Assembly (NCBI GenBank): GCA_016203135.1
Contig: JACQNI010000078.1
Coordinates: 1,157-65,156 of the forward strand
Source: Candidatus Woesearchaeota archaeon
Lineage (GTDB): Archaea; Nanobdellota; Nanobdellia; SCGC-AAA011-G17; JACPNG01
DNA: 64,000 bases
Direction of reading: 5' to 3'
Shown: positions 49,628 to 58,598 of the stretch, piece by piece
Layout of the letters: every line of letters begins with the position of its first letter
Numbering within the stretch: position 1 is the stretch's first letter
Program-made: the position numbers and the translations under genes
The notes under the pieces: generated by a model
What the model was told of the DNA's origin: nothing
Database searches by the model: none
The model's input: the letters and a program-made list of their open reading frames with translations, nothing else

Positions 49628-50323
49628 TTAATCCTCTTCTTCCTCGTCAAGGTCGCTTTCAATTTCTATAACCTTGCCTATTTTAGCATCTATCTTTACA
49701 TCTGTTTCAATGTTATTTTTTGTGAATTCAACAGCGTAAACCACAATGCCGTTTTCTTTTTCAAGCTCAACATCTGTTATTTTTCCGACAATAGACATAT
49801 CTACTTGGGTTTTTGCAATTTCAATGGCTTGCTCTTCTGTTATTTTACCTTCTATTTGAGCTAATGCTTCATCAGATAACTCTTCTTCATTTTCATCATC
49901 ATCCTTTTCTTCATTGTCATCTTGGTCAGTTTCAGTAAGATCATTTTCAATTACAAGAATGTTACCATTTTTTGCATCAATCTTAACATCTGTTTCTATG
50001 TTATCTTTTGTAAATTCTATTGAATAGATAACATCTCCATTCTCGTTTTCAATTTCAGCGTCTGTTAATTTGCCAACTTTATTCATATCGACTGCATTCA
50101 ATGCAATCGTCTTTGCTTGTTCTAGAGAGATTTGCTGATCGTCATTGGAAACCTGGATTTCTTGGGGTTTTTCATTGTTCATTCCAGCTATAATCTGAGT
50201 TGTTACTCCAATAATGGCAACTATTAAAACTCCAAAAATTATTTTTTCTATGGTTTTTGACATTTTATCCTCCTGATTTATTAGACTAATGAATTGTTTT
50301 TGTTTAAATACATAATAGTTCAA
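49628..50323 (-). CDS. membrane-anchored protein with two PepSY domains
   Basis: Duplicated module ...EQAKTIALNAVDMNKVGKLTDAEIENENGDVIYSIEFT... and ...EQAIEIAKTQVDMSIVGKITDVELEKENGIVVYAVEFT.... N-terminal TM. Confidence 0.6.
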   Translation of the reverse strand: MNYYVFKQKQFISLINQEDKMSKTIEKIIFGVLIVAIIGVTTQIIAGMNNEKPQEIQVSNDDQQISLEQAKTIALNAVDMNKVGKLTDAEIENENGDVIYSIEFTKDNIETDVKIDAKNGNILVIENDLTETDQDDNEEKDDDENEEELSDEALAQIEGKITEEQAIEIAKTQVDMSIVGKITDVELEKENGIVVYAVEFTKNNIETDVKIDAKIGKVIEIESDLDEEEED

Positions 50324-50812
50324 TCATAGAATAGTCTTTATTGATAAAATAAAGGTTATAACAAGAAATCGCTTTTATAGATGAGGCCTAAATGGATCAA
50401 AGTATTTTATACGCTTTAGCGTGTCTTTTTAATAAAGTATTCTTTTCAATGTCTTCTTTGGTCAAGTTTCTTTTAACAACCCAATATTCTCCTTTTAAAG
50501 GATCTCTTTGCATGTATCCAAAATTAATTAATTCTCTTCTTAATAGCGTGTCTTCATTGAAATGTCTTCTTATTTTATTATTTACTTCTTCCTCTGTATA
50601 TATTATTCATCTTTAAACTCTTTTATTAAACTGATTAATATGGCTTGTTTTTTAAAATCATTCTTTGGGATATTTTGATGTTTTATACTTTTTTTAAAAA
50701 ATTTATCCACATCAAAAGGAAATTTTATTGCTTTCATTAAAATATTTTATAATTCAATCTTTTTATTAGTTTCGAAAAAAAAACTTATGGACTGGGACTT
50801 AACAAAGCCGTG

Positions 50813-51046
50813 CTACCCATGTGAAATTTTCTTCAATTTATTATCCCTAATATAATCGATTTTTTTAAATCCTGACCAAGGGAAGTTTTTACCCAACTCT
50901 TTTAGTCTTTTTTGCTCTTCATAAAAATGTTTTCTACATAGATAGTTCCATCCACTTTTTCTGCTTCCTTTAATTAAACTTGGGTATACTTCCCTAAAAG
51001 CTTTATTTTTGCATTTCCCTTCGAAATCACAATGTACCCTTACCAT
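50813..51046 (-). CDS. hypothetical zinc-binding protein (77 aa)
   Basis: CDFEGKC...CRKH cysteine spacing. Confidence 0.3.
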   Translation of the reverse strand: MVRVHCDFEGKCKNKAFREVYPSLIKGSRKSGWNYLCRKHFYEEQKRLKELGKNFPWSGFKKIDYIRDNKLKKISHG

Positions 51047-51354
51047 CTAACTACTATTTCATTCTTTTCTAAAGGGGTTATTATTACTTCTTTGTGCATT
51101 TTTCCTTGCGTTAATTCATTAGGCAATCTAAAAATATAATTGGTTCCGTCATAGCTTAATTTTCTCTTAAAGCTAAATGCATTATCTGATAATAACCTAT
51201 TAATCATTAATGCTTTGTCTAATTTTTGTGCTTGGTCCAATCCAATCATCTCCTCATGATTTTTTGGGCATTTAAAGATATCTAATAAAATCCTGATATT
51301 TTCAGATATTGAGATCTCTTTTGTTGCTTTTTTCATCTTTGGAGAAAAATCCAA
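51040..51354 (-). CDS. hypothetical protein (104 aa)
   Basis: ORF only. Confidence 0.3.
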   Translation of the reverse strand: MDFSPKMKKATKEISISENIRILLDIFKCPKNHEEMIGLDQAQKLDKALMINRLLSDNAFSFKRKLSYDGTNYIFRLPNELTQGKMHKEVIITPLEKNEIVVRW

Positions 51355-51412
51355 AAAATTTTTAAAGATGCCGGAACTGAAGGTAGCCCTTCTGTCTTCA
51401 TGCCGAGAGTTT

Positions 51413-51619
51413 TTAGGATGCTTGGGCTTGCAGAAGTGTTTTCTTATTCAAAACTTTACTGGCATTAAGAATTTCTACTCCAAGCAACTTGCCTTTTTCA
51501 TCAAAATCAACAATTATATCTTCATTTAATTCTATTGTCTTTTTTACTTCTCCATCCTTTATAGGATATTCTAGGTAAATATATGCGGCATCTACTTCCT
51601 TGTCGTATTCAAATTTCAT
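51413..51619 (-). CDS. DUF2283-family protein (putative antitoxin)
   Basis: YDKEVDAAYIYL...DIIVDFDEKGKLLGVEILNAS matches the DUF2283 pattern. Confidence 0.55.
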   Translation of the reverse strand: MKFEYDKEVDAAYIYLEYPIKDGEVKKTIELNEDIIVDFDEKGKLLGVEILNASKVLNKKTLLQAQAS

Positions 51620-51622
51620 ATT

Positions 51623-51832
51623 TTAGATTACAGTTATTATCTTTATATAGTTTTTCTTTTCTGCTAATTTCACTTTAATTGTCCTGTTTTTTATTTCTCC
51701 TACAACTTCTTTTGTTCCATCAAAAGATTTCTTTATGTAAACTGGATATTTTAATATGTGTTCAACTTCTAATTTTGTTATACCTCTTTGTTTTATCCTT
51801 TTTTCTGCATGATCAGAATATTCAATCTCCAT
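51623..51832 (-). CDS. DUF4258-family protein (putative toxin)
   Basis: YSDHAEKRIKQRGITKLEVEHIL...KIITVI matches the DUF4258 pattern. Forms a pair with DUF2283. Confidence 0.55.
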   Translation of the reverse strand: MEIEYSDHAEKRIKQRGITKLEVEHILKYPVYIKKSFDGTKEVVGEIKNRTIKVKLAEKKNYIKIITVI

Positions 51833-51887
51833 TAATTGATAAGAAGTTTTATTGGTTTATATTGTTTCTTATTCATGTTTGATAGTA

Positions 51888-51971
51888 CGCCGGAACTGGG
51901 ATTTGAACCCAGATATCCGTAAGGAAACAGGATTAGCAATCCTGCGCTATACCAAGTTAAGCGATTCCGGC
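51888..51971 (-). tRNA. tRNA-Ser (anticodon GCU), long variable arm, no intron
   Basis: GCCGGAA-TC-GCTTAACTTGGTATAGCG-CAGGA-TTGCTAA-TCCTG-TTTCCTTACGGATAT-CTGGG-TTCAAAT-CCCAG-TTCCGGC-G. Confidence 0.75.
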
Positions 51972-52007
51972 ATATAGAAAAAGGGAAAAAATTCTTTTTA
52001 AACCTTT

Positions 52008-52418
52008 CTAAGAAATATCCCCAACTTTTATTAAAAACTTTATGTTTGGGGCTACATCATGCTTTCCTTGCTTGATTTCTCTTATTGAAATCCATTTAAC
52101 TTCTTTAATTGGAGGCATTGGTTTTATGCTTGTTTTATTCTTTAATTTCGCAAGATAATGAATAAGAACTATGACCATTTTTTCTTTTGTTTTTGGATTT
52201 TTCCATAAAATCATTGGATGCAAAGGCCTTATAATTTCAATCTCAGCATTATTCTCTTCTTTTACTTCTCTATGACAAGCCATTTCTAGACTTTCTACTC
52301 CTTCTTCTATTGTACCTCCAGGAAGCTTATAGAAATCATCCTTATCATCTTTATTAACCAGTAACTTTCCAGATTCTATTATTACTGGTCCTGATGCAAT
52401 GATAAATTTTCCTTCCAT
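52008..52418 (-). CDS. NUDIX hydrolase
   Basis: GGTIEEGVESLEMACHREVKEENN Nudix box. Confidence 0.7.
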   Translation of the reverse strand: MEGKFIIASGPVIIESGKLLVNKDDKDDFYKLPGGTIEEGVESLEMACHREVKEENNAEIEIIRPLHPMILWKNPKTKEKMVIVLIHYLAKLKNKTSIKPMPPIKEVKWISIREIKQGKHDVAPNIKFLIKVGDIS

Positions 52419-52419
52419 T

Positions 52420-53103
52420 TTATATATTCTCGTTAAGCCATTCTATTATCTTTTTACTTAAATCCCTTTCTTCTAAAAACATATAGGTTCCATGGGCTTT
52501 TCCTGGATAAATATCAAGCTTTATATTTTCATTCAATTCTTTTAGTTTTTTTGAAGATTTAAAACTATACTCGTCTTGCTCTGTTGCTATAATAAATGCT
52601 TTTTTTATTTTTTTTATGGCTTCTTCTGTTTTTATACCTTTATAATCTAAACCAGGTGATAATGCAACAACTGGAAGCTTATTCTCTGAGCCATATATAA
52701 GGGCTGTATTTGCTCCTATGCTTGAGCCAACAAATGCAATTCTTGTAATTGCGGCATTTCTCATAAAATCATGGCCTGCTTTTGCATCTAAAATCATGTT
52801 AATAAAATCTTTTTCACCTTCACTTTCGCCATGACCTCTTAAGTCAATAGCCAGAACATAATAATTTGCTTTGTTTAATTCTTTAATCAATTCATGCCAT
52901 GAACTTTTATCTAGGTTTAATTGATGTAGCAAGACAATACCTCTATCTAGTTTTCCCGGATAGTATAAACCAGCAAGCTTAATACTATCACTAGTTATTA
53001 GGGTTACTTCTTCTTCCTCTAATGGTTGATCAGTCATTTTATTGGTTTTTGTACATGAGATTAATAATATTGATAAAAACAATAACAATAAAAGTTTTTT
53101 CAT
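52420..53103 (-). CDS. alpha/beta hydrolase lipoprotein (dienelactone hydrolase/esterase-like)
   Basis: Lipobox LLISCTK. AFVGSSIGAN nucleophile elbow. DLRGHGESEG. Confidence 0.65.
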   Translation of the reverse strand: MKKLLLLLFLSILLISCTKTNKMTDQPLEEEEVTLITSDSIKLAGLYYPGKLDRGIVLLHQLNLDKSSWHELIKELNKANYYVLAIDLRGHGESEGEKDFINMILDAKAGHDFMRNAAITRIAFVGSSIGANTALIYGSENKLPVVALSPGLDYKGIKTEEAIKKIKKAFIIATEQDEYSFKSSKKLKELNENIKLDIYPGKAHGTYMFLEERDLSKKIIEWLNENI

Positions 53104-53137
53104 AGGATTTAAAAAGCATTGTTATATTTAAATATGG

Positions 53138-54145
53138 ATGATACACATTGATGGTAAAGAAGCTGGGGGACAGATTTTAAGATCTGCATTGTCTTTATCC
53201 GCAATAACTAAGGAACCATTTGAAATAGTAAATATAAGGGCTTCTAGAAATGAAGGGGGGTTAAAGCAGCAGCATCTAGAAGGTGTTAAGGCAATGGCTA
53301 GTATCTGCAATGCTGATGTAAAAGATGCTTTTATTGGATCTAAGGAATTAAGTTTTTATCCAAGAGATATTTTGGGAGGTAATTATAAAATAGACATAGG
53401 AACAGCTGGATCTATCACTTTGGTTTTACAAACTTTAATACCTGCTTTATTGTTTGCAGATAAAAAAACCTATTTGGAAATAAAAGGCGGGACAGATGTA
53501 AAATGGAGCCCAAGTTTTGACTACTATTATAATGTTCCAATGAGATATCTTGAGATGTTTAATGTAGATTTAAACCTAGAGTTAATAAAACGTGGTTTTT
53601 ATCCTAAAGGAAATGGTATTGTTAAACTAGAGATAAATCCATGCAGGAAATTAAGGGTTTTAAATCTAGTAGAAAGGGGAGATTTTGAAAGGATAGACCT
53701 TTTTAATTATGCAACTAGTGACTTGAAAAAGGCTGATGTTATAGAAAGACAAAGAAAAGGATTTGAGGATGAAATGAAAATGAAAGAAACATATCATATG
53801 AATGGATATGTTGATGCATTATCTACTGGAACTGTAATGCATGCACATGCTCATTATGAAAAGTGTATACTTGGTGTTGATATTTTAGGGGATAAAGGAA
53901 AAAAAGCTGAAGATGTAGGAGAGGAATTAGCTAAAAAATTAAAATTTGAAATCAATAGCAAGGCAACTGTTGATCAATATATGGCTGATCAAATATTAAT
54001 CTTTATGGCTTTAGCTAAAGAAGGGAGTTTTATTACTTCTAAGATAACTGATCATGTCTTGAACAATATAAAAGTCATAGAGAAATTTTTAGATGTGAAA
54101 TTTAAGATCAGCGATTGTTCTGTTAGTTGTTATGGAAAAAATTAG
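53138..54145 (+). CDS. rtcA: RNA 3'-terminal phosphate cyclase
   Basis: IDGKEAGGQILRSALSLSAITKEPFEIVNIRASR..GGLKQQHLEGV, the RtcA signature. Confidence 0.85.
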   Translation: MIHIDGKEAGGQILRSALSLSAITKEPFEIVNIRASRNEGGLKQQHLEGVKAMASICNADVKDAFIGSKELSFYPRDILGGNYKIDIGTAGSITLVLQTLIPALLFADKKTYLEIKGGTDVKWSPSFDYYYNVPMRYLEMFNVDLNLELIKRGFYPKGNGIVKLEINPCRKLRVLNLVERGDFERIDLFNYATSDLKKADVIERQRKGFEDEMKMKETYHMNGYVDALSTGTVMHAHAHYEKCILGVDILGDKGKKAEDVGEELAKKLKFEINSKATVDQYMADQILIFMALAKEGSFITSKITDHVLNNIKVIEKFLDVKFKISDCSVSCYGKN

Positions 54146-54639
54146 TGATGATTTACTAGTTCTTCTAATGCCTTACATTTTTCAGGAAGATATAAAATAT
54201 GCTCTTTAATTGCAAGCGTTTTAAATTTTCCAGGAAAATGTTTCCTTCCTATGTAAACAAAAGGCCCGGACTTTGGATAATTAACAGGCTTATTTTTAAT
54301 CCAATCCCAATTAATGAACCATGCTTCTACATTCCTTACTAATTTTATTAAGTTTTTCTCATCTTGGTCTGAAACTTCTTTAACTTCTTTTGTTAAATCA
54401 TATAAAACAAACATCCAAAAAAGTTTCCATCCAGGATATTCTTCTTTGTAATCATTAAATTGATAATGATGTACTCTCCAGTTGGTATTATATTTCCTAA
54501 GCCTTGATTTTATTTCTATCCCAACGACAGGGTCTAGGATATCAATTCCATGAGTTCTATTGTCTTCTACGCCAAAAAATCCACGAAAATATTTTTTAAA
54601 GGCCCTATCTATTGCTGAACGATAAGCTTCTGATTCCAT
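54142..54639 (-). CDS. hypothetical protein with PD-(D/E)xK-like motif (GIDILDPVVGIEIKS)
   Basis: D...D...(I)E(I)K spacing resembles a restriction-endonuclease-like fold. Weak. Confidence 0.35.
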   Translation of the reverse strand: MESEAYRSAIDRAFKKYFRGFFGVEDNRTHGIDILDPVVGIEIKSRLRKYNTNWRVHHYQFNDYKEEYPGWKLFWMFVLYDLTKEVKEVSDQDEKNLIKLVRNVEAWFINWDWIKNKPVNYPKSGPFVYIGRKHFPGKFKTLAIKEHILYLPEKCKALEELVNHH

Positions 54640-54709
54640 ATTTTTAAAAATACCAGAAAGTTTTTAAAGAATTCTAAATATTTTAGCCATATTTTAACTC
54701 TAAAATCTG

Positions 54710-55588
54710 GTGGATTCATATCAAGTAGAAAAACAGAGGGTTTTTAATCATTTTTATATTGTAACATATATGGGCAAATGGGCAAAGAGATTATTTGGAC
54801 AGGAAAGTTTTGGAGATATTGGCATAGTTATTGCTGGAACCATTACAAAAGAATTTGAGAAAGAAATACTTGATTTATTTGATGAAGTTATTTCTAGCAA
54901 AGATTCTGCGTATCATGCTCATCTTGTTAAAAAGAATGGGATTGCTTATCCAGTAGTCTTTAATATTTATGGAGCTCCAGCGATGGTTGATGTTATTACA
55001 GAGATGCATGATGGAGGTTGCAGGACTATTTTGTTCTTTGGCTCTGCTTATGGGGGATTTCAAAACTTAGAAGTTGGGAGTATAGTAATACCAGAAAAAT
55101 CATACCATTTTGATGGGATTTATCATCCAATAGAACCTGATAGAAAATTGGCTTATGCAGACAAAGAATTAAAACAAAAATTAGAAGAACTATTTAAGAA
55201 AAACAATATAACCTATGTTATTGGTACAAATATTTCTGTCCCAGCAGTTACATTTCAAATACCTCATGCCAATGAAGAATATCAAGAAATTAAACCAGCG
55301 ACAGTAGAGATGGAATTAGCATCTTGTTATTCTAGGGCAAAAGACATTGGAATTAGGGCAGTAGGAACATTAATAATAAGCGACAATAGGAAATCCAGCA
55401 TTGGCGATGATACAAAAAGGGAATTAAGACATAAATCAAAGATTAAAGTTCTAGAGACAATAATAAATAATATAACCTATTTTGAGTTGCCGAAATTATC
55501 AATAGATAAAGAATTTAATATTGATGAGCATTTGGCTAGCATCATTGAAGATCCAGAAGATGTTACAAATATTTATAGAAAAAACTAA
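54710..55588 (+). CDS. nucleoside phosphorylase family protein (PNP/UDP/MTAP superfamily)
   Basis: IGIVIAGTI..., GAPAMVDVITEM, CRTILFFGSAYGG...VGSIVIPEKS, the phosphorylase family 1 pattern. Confidence 0.55.
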   Translation: MDSYQVEKQRVFNHFYIVTYMGKWAKRLFGQESFGDIGIVIAGTITKEFEKEILDLFDEVISSKDSAYHAHLVKKNGIAYPVVFNIYGAPAMVDVITEMHDGGCRTILFFGSAYGGFQNLEVGSIVIPEKSYHFDGIYHPIEPDRKLAYADKELKQKLEELFKKNNITYVIGTNISVPAVTFQIPHANEEYQEIKPATVEMELASCYSRAKDIGIRAVGTLIISDNRKSSIGDDTKRELRHKSKIKVLETIINNITYFELPKLSIDKEFNIDEHLASIIEDPEDVTNIYRKN

Positions 55589-55631
55589 TAACCATAATCT
55601 TTTTAAATGATCTTTTTGTAGATGTAATTAT

Positions 55632-55749
55632 AGCGGGATAGGGCAGAAAGTCTTAAAACTTGCCTAACCAGGAGTGCCCGTCGAACCTTATCTTAAGGCG
55701 CGGAAGGCTCATAACCCGGAGGTCGTTGGTTCAAATCCAACTCCCGCTA
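55632..55749 (+). tRNA. initiator tRNA-Met (anticodon CAU) with two introns: about 21 nt in the D-loop and 22 nt in the anticodon stem (29/30)
   Basis: AGCGGGA (A1:U72 with TCCCGCT), GGGC/GCCC D-stem, D-loop AGCCAGGAGT after removing about 21 nt. Anticodon arm TCG[22 nt]GG-CTCATAA-CCCGG with three G-C pairs next to the loop. T-arm GTTGG-TTCAAAT-CCAAC. 118 nt = 75 + 21 + 22. Confidence 0.7.
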
Positions 55750-55820
55750 TTTTTTATCTGAAATATTTACTGAATTTTTCTAAGAATATTTATAAATACC
55801 TAAGACTTATATAAGCTACA

Positions 55821-56438
55821 ATGGAATTAAACAAAGACTTTGCAGAATTAATTGGAATTTTACTCGGAGATGGTTCTATAAATATATACCCTTCAAATAA
55901 ATATTCTACATATTATCGTGTTAAGGTTAGTTTTAATTCTAATGAAGAGGCTTATGTTGGTTATGTTAGTGATCTTATGTTCAAAACATTAAATGAAAAA
56001 CCAAAAAGATATGATAGAAAAAACGAAGATACTTCTGAATTATTAATCTTTAAAAAAAGTGTAGCAAATAAACTCTTATCTATTGGTTTAAAGAAATCTC
56101 CAAAATGGAATAGAGCAGTAATCCCAGAAAAATTTATGAAAAAAAGATTAGGCAAATATGTTTTGAGGGGTTATTTTGATACTGATGGTAGTGTGGTTTT
56201 GGCAAATAATAATGGAACTTTATATCCTCGCTTAGAAATGAAAATATGTCCTTCTCCAATGCAATCTCAGATATTAAAATTATTAAATGAATACAATTTA
56301 AACTATAATTATTATAATATTGGTAAAGGTAAAATTCGTATTCAGATGAATGGGAAAAAAGCATTAAAAATATGGACTTCAAAAATAGGTTTCAGTAATT
56401 CAAAGCATATTGAAAAGGCTTCTTATTTTCTGAATTAA
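55821..56438 (+). CDS. LAGLIDADG homing endonuclease (double-motif)
   Basis: LIGILLGDGSI and LRGYFDTDGSV motifs. 205 aa. 72 nt downstream of the initiator tRNA. Confidence 0.8.
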   Translation: MELNKDFAELIGILLGDGSINIYPSNKYSTYYRVKVSFNSNEEAYVGYVSDLMFKTLNEKPKRYDRKNEDTSELLIFKKSVANKLLSIGLKKSPKWNRAVIPEKFMKKRLGKYVLRGYFDTDGSVVLANNNGTLYPRLEMKICPSPMQSQILKLLNEYNLNYNYYNIGKGKIRIQMNGKKALKIWTSKIGFSNSKHIEKASYFLN

Positions 56439-56872
56439 GCCCCGGCAAATTGCTCTCCAAGAACTTCTTCAAGAAAATTAATTACTTTTTCATTATCGCC
56501 TAGATAAAGAACAATAAGCTCATTTTTTTTATACAAATGCGGTGGCTTAAACCACACCATAATAGAACCAGCCATTCTTGATGCATCTCCAGAAATTTTG
56601 GAAGCATCAAGCTCTGCGGATTCAACATTTTCATATTCAAAAACAAATACTGACTCATATTCTATTCTTATGTGCTTTTTAATTGGTGCTGAAAAAGAAA
56701 CGTGCTGATAATCACCTACTATCTCAACTTTTGCACCTTTTTCTTCTAAATCTTTTACAAGTTTATTATACTCATTAGTTTCTTGATATTTTATGAAAAA
56801 AATCATAAAAGATAATAATAAAACAATAATTAATCCTATTATTGCTGGCTTGATATTTGCTTTCATATTCAT
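56435..56872 (-). CDS. membrane-anchored hypothetical protein (145 aa)
   Basis: N-terminal TM helix. Confidence 0.35.
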   Translation of the reverse strand: MNMKANIKPAIIGLIIVLLLSFMIFFIKYQETNEYNKLVKDLEEKGAKVEIVGDYQHVSFSAPIKKHIRIEYESVFVFEYENVESAELDASKISGDASRMAGSIMVWFKPPHLYKKNELIVLYLGDNEKVINFLEEVLGEQFAGA

Positions 56873-56897
56873 TTATCTTAATGGTTAATATAAAAAT

Positions 56898-58598
56898 TTA
56901 ACTGATATCAAAAAACTTCTTAAAATTTGTTAAACTTAAAGTATTTACTATGTCTTTTTTTTCAGCCCAGCCCCTTCTTGCTGTTGCAATTCCAAATTTC
57001 ATGTAGTTTAAACTATTAGTGTTATGGGCATCTGTGCTTATAATTAATTTACATTTGTTTTCTACAGCTGCCTTTACATCAATATCTTTTAAATCAAGCC
57101 TTTCTGGCTGTGCATTTATTTCTAGAATAACATTGGTTTCATTTGATTTCTTGAATAATTTTTCAAGATCAAGTTCATAACCTTTTCTTGCATTTATTAT
57201 TCTTCCTGTAGGATGACCTATTACCTTTACATATTTATTTTCCATGGCCTTCAAGATTCTTTTTGTCATCAAATCTTTTGTTTGCTTAAAATTTGAATGA
57301 ATAGAAGCTACAACGAAATCAAATTTTTTTAATATATCATTTTTTAAATCTAAGTCTCCATTTGGCTTTATGTTTACTTCGCAGCCCTTAAATATTTTAA
57401 TTTCAGTTTTTGCCTTTTCAAATGCCTTTAGATAATTATCAATTCTTTTTTCTGTAATTGAATTTGCTATGCTTAAGTTTCCAACATGATCTGTTATGGC
57501 AATATATTCATAGCCAAGTTCTTTGGCTTTTTTAGCCATTGCTTGTATTGTATCTATACCATCGCTAAAATTTGTATGTATTTGTAGATCTCCTTTTATA
57601 TCATTATAGTTTATTAGTTTTGGTAAACTATGTTTTTTCGCAGCTTCTATTTCGCCGTTGTTTTCTCTTAGCTCTGGCTCAATATAATCCAAACCAAGCT
57701 TATTGTAAATTTCTTTTTCGTCTTTTCCTGCTATTTTTTTACTGCTTTTAAACAAACCATACTCGTTTAGTTTATAGCCTTTAGAAATAGCAATTTTTCT
57801 TGTTATAACATTATGTTCTTTATTTCCTATGAAATACTGCAAAGCTGAGCCAAATTCATCTTCCTTTACAACCCTTAGATCAACTTGAATTCCAGAGTTT
57901 AATCTGATGCTGGATCTTGTTGGGCCTTTTGAAATAATATCTTTTGCATCTTTTAAATTAACAAATAAATCCATTGTTTTTTTAGGATCTTTACTAGTAA
58001 CTAAGATATCTATGTCTCCAATTGTTTCCTTCATTCTTTTTATAGAACCGGCTAGGCTTACTTTAGTAACTTCTCTTGAATTTTTAAGCTGGTTTTCTAT
58101 AGACAATGCAATATCATAAATATGGCCAAGCAAGAATCTTTTTCCTGAAGATTTTGCAAAGTCTATCCCTTGAAGAATTTGGTTTTCGCTTTTTTCTCCA
58201 AAACCTTCAAGCTTTTTTATTTTTCCTTTCTTAGCTGCTTTTTCCAAGTCATTAAGGTTTTTTATATTCAGTTTTTTATATAAAACCTTGACTGATTTAG
58301 GACCTAGACCTTCGACTGCAAGCAAAGACTCATAGTCTATTGGAATGGATTTCTTTAAAGATTCAAACTCCTTGCAAGTTCCTGTTTCTAGTATTTCTAT
58401 AATTTTTTTAGAGATTCCTTGGCCTATTCCTGGAAGATCTTTTAACTTGCCTTGTTTTGCAATATCTTCTATATTCTTGTTTAAAGACTCAATTGTTCTT
58501 GAAGCTTTTCTATAAGCAGAAGGTTTAAATTCAATTCCTTTTATATCTAATAGATCTGCTATTTGGTTTAATATTTTTATAACCTCAAGATTCTTCAT
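56898..58598 (-). CDS. polX: DNA polymerase X family with C-terminal PHP phosphoesterase domain
   Basis: HhH motifs (GIGQGISKKI, GLGPKS). Nucleotidyltransferase GSIKRMKETIGDIDIL. PHP domain DLQIHTNFSDG...AITDH. Confidence 0.85.
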   Translation of the reverse strand: MKNLEVIKILNQIADLLDIKGIEFKPSAYRKASRTIESLNKNIEDIAKQGKLKDLPGIGQGISKKIIEILETGTCKEFESLKKSIPIDYESLLAVEGLGPKSVKVLYKKLNIKNLNDLEKAAKKGKIKKLEGFGEKSENQILQGIDFAKSSGKRFLLGHIYDIALSIENQLKNSREVTKVSLAGSIKRMKETIGDIDILVTSKDPKKTMDLFVNLKDAKDIISKGPTRSSIRLNSGIQVDLRVVKEDEFGSALQYFIGNKEHNVITRKIAISKGYKLNEYGLFKSSKKIAGKDEKEIYNKLGLDYIEPELRENNGEIEAAKKHSLPKLINYNDIKGDLQIHTNFSDGIDTIQAMAKKAKELGYEYIAITDHVGNLSIANSITEKRIDNYLKAFEKAKTEIKIFKGCEVNIKPNGDLDLKNDILKKFDFVVASIHSNFKQTKDLMTKRILKAMENKYVKVIGHPTGRIINARKGYELDLEKLFKKSNETNVILEINAQPERLDLKDIDVKAAVENKCKLIISTDAHNTNSLNYMKFGIATARRGWAEKKDIVNTLSLTNFKKFFDIS

